A stretch of DNA of 64,000 nucleotides from Candidatus Bathyarchaeota archaeon (lineage in GTDB: Archaea; Thermoproteota; Bathyarchaeia; Bathyarchaeales; DTEX01): the NCBI GenBank assembly GCA_025059045.1, contig JANXEA010000002.1, positions 10,798-74,797 of the forward strand. Reading direction: 5' to 3'. The number at the start of each line of letters is the position of its first letter. Within the stretch, counting starts at the first letter, position 1. Position numbers and translations under genes: made by a program. This document shows positions 19,601 through 26,099 of this stretch, piece by piece. Below the pieces are notes generated by a model. That model ran no database searches. It saw nothing but the letters and a program-made list of their open reading frames with translations, and was not told the origin of the DNA.

Positions 19601-19713
19601 TTAATACTGACCGAATAGAGATATCGGAAAAGTGGATCTACAGAATCACTGATCTAATCCGCGACATTCTAATGGAATGGGTTCAAAACAAGGACAAAAT
19701 ATTAGGCAGATAA
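16663..19713 (+). CDS. CarboxypepD_reg-like ectodomain fused to a MacB/FtsX-type permease and the same class of C-terminal cytoplasmic domain
   Basis: 1016 aa.
- N-terminal anchor, then IYIKVTDANTGEPISNATLIILDITTG (carboxypeptidase-regulatory-like beta-sandwich).
- FtsX N-terminal TM: KRQIRVRRSRGILTLSSVILLILAFTSL.
- FtsX core: LNAVYERSKEMKILTTMGSNPMQLASLFIAEAMTLGMVGGGLGYIFG.
- Tail YTPSMVRKAK...MPVKVKEAE resembles VTPSLER.WK...IPLKVEHFE of the giant proteins. Confidence 0.8.
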   Translation: MHGSRKLYGWKEAATYILAVILLVNAQIISSACEQTPRSIGRIYIKVTDANTGEPISNATLIILDITTGLEESKIRSTGQSGEYVYEEAVPEGKYWIYAYKGNLTSGYMEYAPAGPFLIHFSIFDTVKNLTVRLVPCGTIRLKGPIWMAGISELLENFAVTIIDPACGKPPMLNGDYISQYNSTTRFYLAEKDLLNKSLVFVPADVNLDLLVEATFYRREVGFRSFSFRIENVSVRKSEEAAYELSYYSLRESIKDVNSVVQSVMEELSFLQSIGFYFVQERSNLVEQISTINDARRELDRRDYYECWKALSKAYSESLSVRETLRYYVGVSTQSAVYLPTFLAVYSVILAFFLFEDDRKKVAASLIFYIVFLVALFQIYPGTRTIINPETGNIRLFLSASILSIVCVMVLVFFLQRRPRLGIEGLTTFRDVLATFFSMGKRQIRVRRSRGILTLSSVILLILAFTSLTSMGYIYGLTYEKIPYTSNVEGILIRSTGNETFIYGQNVYRLFIPFGSSLVYALSQDPAVEHVAPKIESYPSTEPIGRLFSNRSSLSIYGLIGIVPSDEAQFTRLNNAIVNGEYLKDGDLEGLLISSEAASELGVNSGDKVIFSIGGIVSNFTVRGIFGSTSYQQLRDIDGQPFGPKKAAFSNGTISYSLCEPKEVIILNFEAALELQAKINVQNKRAPEEPGPLNQLSRISIKPKPAADIKGMVETIVKSFGKDAYVSKDGAVYHYYIGFAYEAKGALEILVPLVMALINVGAVMLNAVYERSKEMKILTTMGSNPMQLASLFIAEAMTLGMVGGGLGYIFGLGFYRIMLLTGTGIEVREKVEWYWSAICLCLAVLACVLSTLRPALLAIKMYTPSMVRKAKISEEEKETRMEEIFKVYQERSMSMPVKVKEAEILIFTTFIKSRMEEMRSGIYERIEDVVDEPEVQTPTGRVVRKVKFRYNCPQENLKINNELVCSKDKGEDKYRVHLVLNTDRIEISEKWIYRITDLIRDILMEWVQNKDKILGR

Positions 19714-19859
19714 GATCATCCGGAACCTGCCTATATAAAATTTTTGTTTTTCTAAACACGTCTAGCTCCGCCTATCCTACTTTGAACAGGAAAGACGAAA
19801 AACTTAATAACACACAACCTATAGTTCAAGATGAATTAAATTAAGCGGAGAGTAAGATA

Positions 19860-22800
19860 ATGAGATACCATGCCTTAATTCTAGCATTATTCATCTTATT
19901 AGCATCATCAATTTCGCATGTAGGAGCTACAGCTGTAAAAGAGAGGGTAATGGGTCAAAGTACGGAGAGAGCTACTCTAGATTGGAGTTACCGGGGATAT
20001 TCCGTTGCAAGCTTACTGGCTGAGCGGGAAGGTTTCGCCAAGGATGTCACTGGCGGGTTAAACGGTAGAGTATACCGTGTGACTTCGCTCTCCCCAGCGA
20101 GTGGTCCTGGAACGTTAAGAGAGGCAGTTTCATTGCCTGAGCCATTATGGATTGTGTTCGATGTGAATGGAACCATAGACCTTGGAAACGAGGAACCTTT
20201 GTACATTAGATCAAATAAGACGATTGATGGAAGAGGCGCAGAAATCGTGATTGCAAGGAAGGGGGTTAGAATAGATTTTCAACAGAACATCATAATAACT
20301 AACATACGCTTCGAGAATGTCGGCGGCGATATTATAGAGATCAGAGGAGAATCCACACTGATCTGGATCCATCACTGCGACTTCATGAATGGGAACGATG
20401 GAGCAATAGACATAGTGAAGACCGCTGGACCAAGTGTAGATGTAACGGTCTCATGGTGTAGATTCTGGTGTCACAAGAAAACTATGCTCATAGGTGGAGA
20501 TGCATGGGAACAAGAGGTGAAGAATGTTCGCTTAACACTTCACCATAACTACTTCTTCATCACCGATCAGCGCAACCCAAGGATCAGATGGGGAAAAGTT
20601 GACGCGTATAACAATTATCTTTATGGCTGGCGCGATTATGGAATGGGCGCAAGCATGTACGGAGAGCTACTTGTTGAGGCAAATGTCTTCGAGGCATTAG
20701 AAAACAAGGAAGCGGTGGTGGCTCCTGTGGGCTCAGGAGGCGAGCTGGACTATCCTGGATATGTGAGGCTGAAGGATAATCTATTCCTTAATGGGGCGAT
20801 AGCTAAAGTTGGCCCGGGATACTCCGGACTTGTCTTTAGACGCGAGGACTATTACACCGCCAAGATAGAACCTGCAACAGAAGGATTAAAACTTAAGATA
20901 ATGGCGCAGGCGGGAACAAATATACCATTCCAGCCGAGAATAATGGTTAACCTCAAATCTGTGGATGATCCATACCCATCAAAACATTACCTAAACAGGA
21001 CAGATATCTATGTCGGAAACACCACGGCAAGGTACTACTGCATCATCGAGCCCTATAGAACCCCCTCAGATAAGATTGTCAGATGTGATTGGGACTTCGG
21101 CGACGGAACAAAACTAACGGTAACAAATGTAGTCCTCTTCCATGATCCATCCGTCACCTACACTTACAAGCAACCAGGAACATACACAATAAAAGTTACA
21201 CTAACGACTGCGGATGGAAGAACAATAACACTAAGTGAAGAGGATGTAATATTGCCTGCAGAGACGGGTGGTGCTGGTGGTACAGGTGGAACTGGTGGGG
21301 CAGGTGGAACTGGTGGTACGGGAGGAACTGGTGGTACAGGTGGAACAGGCGGGGTAGGTGGAATAACCGCGCCCAGCGATGCTCCATGGCCAATGGGACA
21401 GCGTGATCTTTCCCGCTCAGGTTATACGAGCGATCTAGGCCCGGCGACTAATGAGTTATTATGGGTGTTCGATACGGGCACGTATGGCGAGCCTATTAGA
21501 AGCGGCGTCTCAATTGCATATGGAATAGTGTACTTCGGCTCCGACAACGATTGCGTATACGCCGTAAATGCGACTACTGGACAGATGATATGGAGGTTTA
21601 ACGTTACAGAGTTCACAGGCACCGGAAAAGCGGACGTGAGAAGCACACCAGCAATCTCCGATGGTAGAGTATACTTTGGCAGCAGAAACGGCGTCTTCTT
21701 CTGCCTAGACGCCTACACAGGCGCCGTCAAATGGTACTATATTCCAGTCGATGAGGACGGAAAGAATGTCTCTATCTTCCGCAGCTCTCCAGCGGTCGTA
21801 GAGGGCAGAGTTCTCTTCGGAACTAGGGAAAAATCCGGAAAGCTTTACTGCCTAAACGCGACGAATGGTCAAGTGATCTGGAGGTTCGCCGCGGAGAATG
21901 AGATAGACTCAAGCCCAACAGTAGTAAAGGATAGGGTGTACTTTGGCTCCGACGACGACTACGTCTACTGTGTAAACCTGTATACTGGCGAATTAATTTG
22001 GAAGACGAATGTAGGCAGCAATGTGATCAGGGCGCCAGTATACTACAATGGGCTATTATTCGCCGCGTCTCAGGGATTAGAAAGAATATTCGCCCTTAAC
22101 GCAACCACAGGCGAAAACATTAGAAACTACACGATCATGGGGTATCCGAAAGGCGGCGTCGCGGTTGGAAGCGGCAAGCTGGTTATTACAGGGGTAACAA
22201 GCGGAACCGTCTACTGCTTCGACATTGAGACGGGTCAGCGGCTTTGGAGTTACGGAACGGTTGGACTTGAAGCCTACGCAGCCATACCTGTAATCGCACG
22301 GGACATAGTCTACTTAATCGCTCCAGACGCTGCAATTCATGCGGTAGACCTGAACACCGGCCAAATGATATGGAAATATGTTACAGATCCTGCCCAGTAT
22401 TGGAGATGTGATGAGGCTTATGGTGCTATTGCGTATGGCTGCCTGTTCATCGGCGCCGGGGACGGCAAGCTATACTGCTTTGGAAGACCGCCAAACCTTC
22501 CGATGAAATTGACTGCAAAAGTAATATGGGCGAATGGCTCAGCGGTCATAGGTGCAAAAGCCACGATATCAAACGGGACGAACACGTTTACCCAGAACAT
22601 AAGCGCATCAGGGGAAGCAACATTCAGTATCTTCAGGGGCAACTACACGGTGAAAGTAGAATATGGATCCATCCCACTCTATGTGGGCACAATCGATCTT
22701 CAGCGTGACACTACAATAACAGTAACGCAATATCCAGAATTATTACAGTATGCAATCCAACTTCAAAGCCAAATAGCTAGTCTCCAAAATCAGGTCAATA

Positions 22801-22949
22801 ATCTTCAGAGCCAGGTCAATCAATTACAATCTGACAAGTCAAGTCTCCAATCACAAGCATCCAATAGCCTCTACATGGGTCTAGGAGGCGGTGCGGGAGC
22901 CGGCCTAATAATCGGCATAATCATCGCCTACATCTTGAAGAAAAGATGA
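19860..22949 (+). CDS. Secreted multidomain protein: PL1 pectate lyase, PKD-like domain, Gly/Thr linker, PQQ-like beta-propeller, coiled-coil stalk, C-terminal TM anchor
   Basis: 1029 aa with a signal peptide.
- PL1 motifs: SNKTIDGRG, LIWIHHCDFMNGNDGAIDI, RNPRIRWG.
- PKD-like: CDWDFGDGTKLT...YTYKQPGTYTIKVTLT.
- Repeated A-x-D/N-x-x-TG-x-x-x-W blades (VYAVNATTGQMIWRF, LYCLNATNGQVIWRF, VYCFDIETGQRLWSY and others).
- Coiled coil: QLQSQIASLQNQVNNLQSQVNQLQSDKSSLQSQ.
- Tail: LYMGLGGGAGAGLIIGIIIAYILKKR. Confidence 0.85.
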   Translation: MRYHALILALFILLASSISHVGATAVKERVMGQSTERATLDWSYRGYSVASLLAEREGFAKDVTGGLNGRVYRVTSLSPASGPGTLREAVSLPEPLWIVFDVNGTIDLGNEEPLYIRSNKTIDGRGAEIVIARKGVRIDFQQNIIITNIRFENVGGDIIEIRGESTLIWIHHCDFMNGNDGAIDIVKTAGPSVDVTVSWCRFWCHKKTMLIGGDAWEQEVKNVRLTLHHNYFFITDQRNPRIRWGKVDAYNNYLYGWRDYGMGASMYGELLVEANVFEALENKEAVVAPVGSGGELDYPGYVRLKDNLFLNGAIAKVGPGYSGLVFRREDYYTAKIEPATEGLKLKIMAQAGTNIPFQPRIMVNLKSVDDPYPSKHYLNRTDIYVGNTTARYYCIIEPYRTPSDKIVRCDWDFGDGTKLTVTNVVLFHDPSVTYTYKQPGTYTIKVTLTTADGRTITLSEEDVILPAETGGAGGTGGTGGAGGTGGTGGTGGTGGTGGVGGITAPSDAPWPMGQRDLSRSGYTSDLGPATNELLWVFDTGTYGEPIRSGVSIAYGIVYFGSDNDCVYAVNATTGQMIWRFNVTEFTGTGKADVRSTPAISDGRVYFGSRNGVFFCLDAYTGAVKWYYIPVDEDGKNVSIFRSSPAVVEGRVLFGTREKSGKLYCLNATNGQVIWRFAAENEIDSSPTVVKDRVYFGSDDDYVYCVNLYTGELIWKTNVGSNVIRAPVYYNGLLFAASQGLERIFALNATTGENIRNYTIMGYPKGGVAVGSGKLVITGVTSGTVYCFDIETGQRLWSYGTVGLEAYAAIPVIARDIVYLIAPDAAIHAVDLNTGQMIWKYVTDPAQYWRCDEAYGAIAYGCLFIGAGDGKLYCFGRPPNLPMKLTAKVIWANGSAVIGAKATISNGTNTFTQNISASGEATFSIFRGNYTVKVEYGSIPLYVGTIDLQRDTTITVTQYPELLQYAIQLQSQIASLQNQVNNLQSQVNQLQSDKSSLQSQASNSLYMGLGGGAGAGLIIGIIIAYILKKR
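21267..21362 (+). repeat. In-frame tandem 9-bp (GGT GGN ACN) repeat encoding a (GGT/GGA)n linker
   Basis: 96 bp reading ggtggtgct ggtggtaca ggtggaact and so on. It encodes GGAGGTGGTGGAGGTGGTGGTGGTGGTGGVGG between the PKD-like domain and the propeller. Confidence 0.9.
22404..22480 (+). repeat. 77-bp exact DNA repeat, copy 1 (inside the propeller of ORF 19860)
   Basis: agatgtgatgaggcttatggtgctattgcgtatggctgcctgttcatcggcgccggggacggcaagctatactgctt is base-for-base identical to 24223-24299. It encodes RCDEAYGAIAYGCLFIGAGDGKLYCF. Confidence 0.9.
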
Positions 22950-22960
22950 AGAACCCTTTC

Positions 22961-22966
22961 TTTTTT
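22961..22966 (+). terminator. Oligo-T tract after ORF 19860
   Basis: ccctttcTTTTTTatt begins 8 nt after the stop codon. Confidence 0.35.
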
Positions 22967-23064
22967 ATTAAGCGACTCACAAAAAAGGAATCTGGTTTGA
23001 GAAAAAGCTTAAAAGTTAAACCATATTAATTAATAAGGAACTCTTAGTTAGGAGGAGATGAAAT

Positions 23065-24684
23065 TTGAGAGCGAAGCCGAAAACTGGCTTGAGAAAAACA
23101 TCGACTCTAATGATGGCATTCGCCGTCTTTTCAATCATGCTCTCTGCCACACTTCCGATTGTCAGGGCATCAGCAAGCTCCAGTGGCACATATTACGCTT
23201 GGCCTATGGCAGGATATAATCTGCAACGAACCGGATATACGGATGAGGCGGGGCCGAAAACAAATAATACGTTATGGATATTTGACACGGGAAGCGTCGG
23301 TCAAGGAATAAGATGTGGTGTTGCTGTTGCATATGGGATCGTCCTCTTCGGATCAGATGACGATAACATCTACGCTGTTAACGCCTCGACCGGGACGCTG
23401 ATCTGGAAATTTACAGCCACGGGGTCCACGCCAGATATGAGAAGCACTCCGGCTGTGGCTGATGGAAAAGCATACTTCGGCTCAAGAAATGGGACACTAT
23501 TCTGCGTAGATGTCTTTACAGGCGCGCTGATCTGGAAGTTCGTGGTGCCGCCGACACCTGGGACAACATATATTCCCATCATGCGTAGCTCCCCGGCAGT
23601 GGCTGATGGAATGGTTGTAACGGGAGTGAAAGGTAGGGGATTCTACTGCTTAAATGCGACAACCGGGGCCGTCATATGGAACTTCACTACTGGAGATGAG
23701 GCAGACGTCAGTCCAGCCATAGCTGATGGAAAGGTATACTTTGGGTCAGATGATGATCAAGCTTATTGCCTAGACCTGAAAACCGGAGCTCTACTCTGGA
23801 ATAGGACCTTAAATAGTAATGTGCTGCGCATAGTAACCTACTATCGAGGGCTGGTTTTCGCTTCTGTGCAGGCGGCTCCTGGAGTAGCTGACGGCATAGT
23901 TTATGCCCTTAACGCGACAACGGGTGAGGTTGTAAGAAATTACACGTTAATTAATGGTGGGAACTTGAGAGGCGGCGTCGCAGTTGCAGGCGACAAACTC
24001 GTTGTATCCGGGAGCCATAATGGCATAGTATACTGCTTTGACATCGAAACTGGGCGACTGATTTGGAACTACTCCCTGGGCGTAGTAGGGGCCTGGTATA
24101 ATATACCGGCAATAGCCAAAGACACCGTCTATATCATAGGTAGGGACGCGATTATCCATGCGATAGACCTAGGCACTGGACAGGCTATCTGGAAGTATCA
24201 GACAGACGTGTTCCATGCGACCAGATGTGATGAGGCTTATGGTGCTATTGCGTATGGCTGCCTGTTCATCGGCGCCGGGGACGGCAAGCTATACTGCTTC
24301 GGAGCTCCCCGCAACGATATCTACTTAGAGATGCTTAGATACATATCTCAAATCTCGCAACTACAATCCAACATAAGCAGCCTATTGAGTGAGAGAAGTA
24401 CCCTACAAAGCCAGATTAATACTCTACAGGGTCAAGTGTCTAGCCTCCGGAACAGCGTGAATCAGCTGCAAGGACAAGTTACAAATCTTCAGAACCAAGT
24501 TAGTCAGTTACAGTCAGAGAAGGCAAGCCTCCAGAGTCAGGTCGATAAATTGCAGACTGACAAGATCAATCTCCAGAATCAGGCGACAAATAATCTTTAC
24601 ATGGGTTTAGGCGGTGGAGCAGCGGTTGGCTTGGTAATCGGAGTAGCCATACCCTCATTTTTAAGAAGAAATAGATCCAGTTAA
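23065..24684 (+). CDS. Secreted PQQ-like beta-propeller protein with long coiled-coil stalk and C-terminal TM anchor (paralog of the C-terminal half of ORF 19860)
   Basis: 539 aa with a signal peptide (TTG start). It has the same blade repeats (IYAVNASTGTLIWKF, FYCLNATTGAVIWNF, VYCFDIETGRLIWNY, IHAIDLGTGQAIWKY). It also has a ~90-aa Q/L/S heptad region and the tail LYMGLGGGAAVGLVIGVAIPSFLRRNRSS. Confidence 0.85.
   Translation: MRAKPKTGLRKTSTLMMAFAVFSIMLSATLPIVRASASSSGTYYAWPMAGYNLQRTGYTDEAGPKTNNTLWIFDTGSVGQGIRCGVAVAYGIVLFGSDDDNIYAVNASTGTLIWKFTATGSTPDMRSTPAVADGKAYFGSRNGTLFCVDVFTGALIWKFVVPPTPGTTYIPIMRSSPAVADGMVVTGVKGRGFYCLNATTGAVIWNFTTGDEADVSPAIADGKVYFGSDDDQAYCLDLKTGALLWNRTLNSNVLRIVTYYRGLVFASVQAAPGVADGIVYALNATTGEVVRNYTLINGGNLRGGVAVAGDKLVVSGSHNGIVYCFDIETGRLIWNYSLGVVGAWYNIPAIAKDTVYIIGRDAIIHAIDLGTGQAIWKYQTDVFHATRCDEAYGAIAYGCLFIGAGDGKLYCFGAPRNDIYLEMLRYISQISQLQSNISSLLSERSTLQSQINTLQGQVSSLRNSVNQLQGQVTNLQNQVSQLQSEKASLQSQVDKLQTDKINLQNQATNNLYMGLGGGAAVGLVIGVAIPSFLRRNRSS
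24223..24299 (+). repeat. 77-bp exact DNA repeat, copy 2 (inside ORF 23065)
   Basis: Identical to 22404-22480, whereas the flanking paralogous sequence is clearly diverged. Confidence 0.9.
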
Positions 24685-24701
24685 GCCTTCTTAGATCCCC
24701 A

Positions 24702-24708
24702 ATTTTTT
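24702..24708 (+). terminator. Oligo-T tract after ORF 23065
   Basis: ccccaaTTTTTTTc lies 18 nt after the stop codon. Confidence 0.35.
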
Positions 24709-24736
24709 TCTATATACCATCAATTTATTTTCGGCT

Positions 24737-25957
24737 ATGCTGTTGTTGGAGAAAAGAATAATGAGATCGCTCTGTATAAAAACGATGGCTGGTCTAGTAT
24801 ATATCTGCATTCTTTTTACGGTTTCCAATACACTAACATTGAATTCGATGGCATTGGTCTCCGACGCTACATTTTTTCACGTTTTCACAAACCCTGATTG
24901 TGAAGGCTGTATGAATGCGATTCAGCCGCTTTTAAATATTTTTCCTAGGGAAACGATAATATATGACATTAAGGACAGCAAAAATCTAGAGGTCCTAATA
25001 GGCATTCTTGAACAGACAGGTATGGAAAGCCCCATCCTTCCGCTTATACTAATTCTCAAAAATGATACTTTATTCGCTGTCGTAGAATTCCGAAGGGTCA
25101 TATTCTCGCAGGATGACTGGATCGTCGTAACCGAGACTAAATACGACAGAGTGCCAGTATATTTCGGTAAAGATGGATATGGAGTGGTTAAGCCGGAAAC
25201 ATTCCTAGAAGATATAGTTTGTCAGCGAATAGCCAAGCTGCTTACTGATAAGAGCGTTGACGAATTAGCGACTGGACTTGATTTCCAAATGTTCATACCT
25301 GCAATTGTGGCAGCGGCGTTAGCAGATGCAATCAACCCATGCGAGTTCCACGTTCTAATAATATTTCTCACACTCGTAATCTTCAATATGGGAAAGAAAG
25401 CGGTCCTAAGAGCCGGGCTAACTTACTCAGCAGCCATCTTCACTATATACTTCGCTCTTGGTTCGGGAATGAATGTTTTGCTGAGATACTCTCATCCGCT
25501 TAAGCCTATTATGGCTATGATTGTTGGAGTTGCCTCGATAATATTAGGTTTGCGGGAGATGGTTGCAGTAACGCTGGGAAAAAATATTTCACGAGTACCG
25601 ACGTCAATATCCGATAAGTTGTCCTCTCTTCTGCAAAAAAACTTTGCTACCTCCTTAGGTTCCTTCATTGTTGGAGCGGTTGCTGGAATACTACTTCTCC
25701 CTTGCACATCCGCCCCCTACTTCGTTGCTCTTTCTCTGATTTCACGAACAGAGACCATTATTCAAGGCGTAATTTTGCTCTTCATATACAACATCATTAT
25801 CATAGTGCCCTTCCTGTTGATCACATTGATGACTTACACTTTTGACCTTAAGACCAGTCAGCTTAAAAGATGGTTCAAGAAGACTGAGAGATCCACGGGT
25901 ATGACGCTTGGGCTAATTTATCTTGCGCTAGGTCTCTTATTGTTTTCCTTCATGTAG
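24737..25957 (+). CDS. Thioredoxin-like CxxC domain fused to a DsbD/CcdA-type thiol-disulfide transfer membrane domain
   Basis: 406 aa with an N-terminal anchor and an ectodomain carrying NPDCEGCMNA (CxxC). The membrane domain has the two DsbD/CcdA cysteine motifs ADAINPCEFHVLI and LLLPCTSAPYF. Confidence 0.7.
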   Translation: MLLLEKRIMRSLCIKTMAGLVYICILFTVSNTLTLNSMALVSDATFFHVFTNPDCEGCMNAIQPLLNIFPRETIIYDIKDSKNLEVLIGILEQTGMESPILPLILILKNDTLFAVVEFRRVIFSQDDWIVVTETKYDRVPVYFGKDGYGVVKPETFLEDIVCQRIAKLLTDKSVDELATGLDFQMFIPAIVAAALADAINPCEFHVLIIFLTLVIFNMGKKAVLRAGLTYSAAIFTIYFALGSGMNVLLRYSHPLKPIMAMIVGVASIILGLREMVAVTLGKNISRVPTSISDKLSSLLQKNFATSLGSFIVGAVAGILLLPCTSAPYFVALSLISRTETIIQGVILLFIYNIIIIVPFLLITLMTYTFDLKTSQLKRWFKKTERSTGMTLGLIYLALGLLLFSFM

Positions 25958-26099
25958 ATTTGGTGACCAACTGGTCTGAGCATTTGGCGAGTTTTCTCAT
26001 ATACTATAGTCCTGTTCCTACGAAGCGGTCGATTGCCAATAAAAAAGGTTCATCGCAAGTCTTTTATTCGCATTAAATAAAATTAACACTCGACCCTAA

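Noticed and set aside
21267-24600. Short-period DNA repeats (the GGT linker and the LQSQ stalk regions) as possible CRISPR or other non-coding arrays.
   Set aside because: They are in frame within long ORFs, have 9-bp or heptad-codon periodicity and lack the repeat-spacer structure. No CRISPR array or cas gene is visible anywhere in the window.
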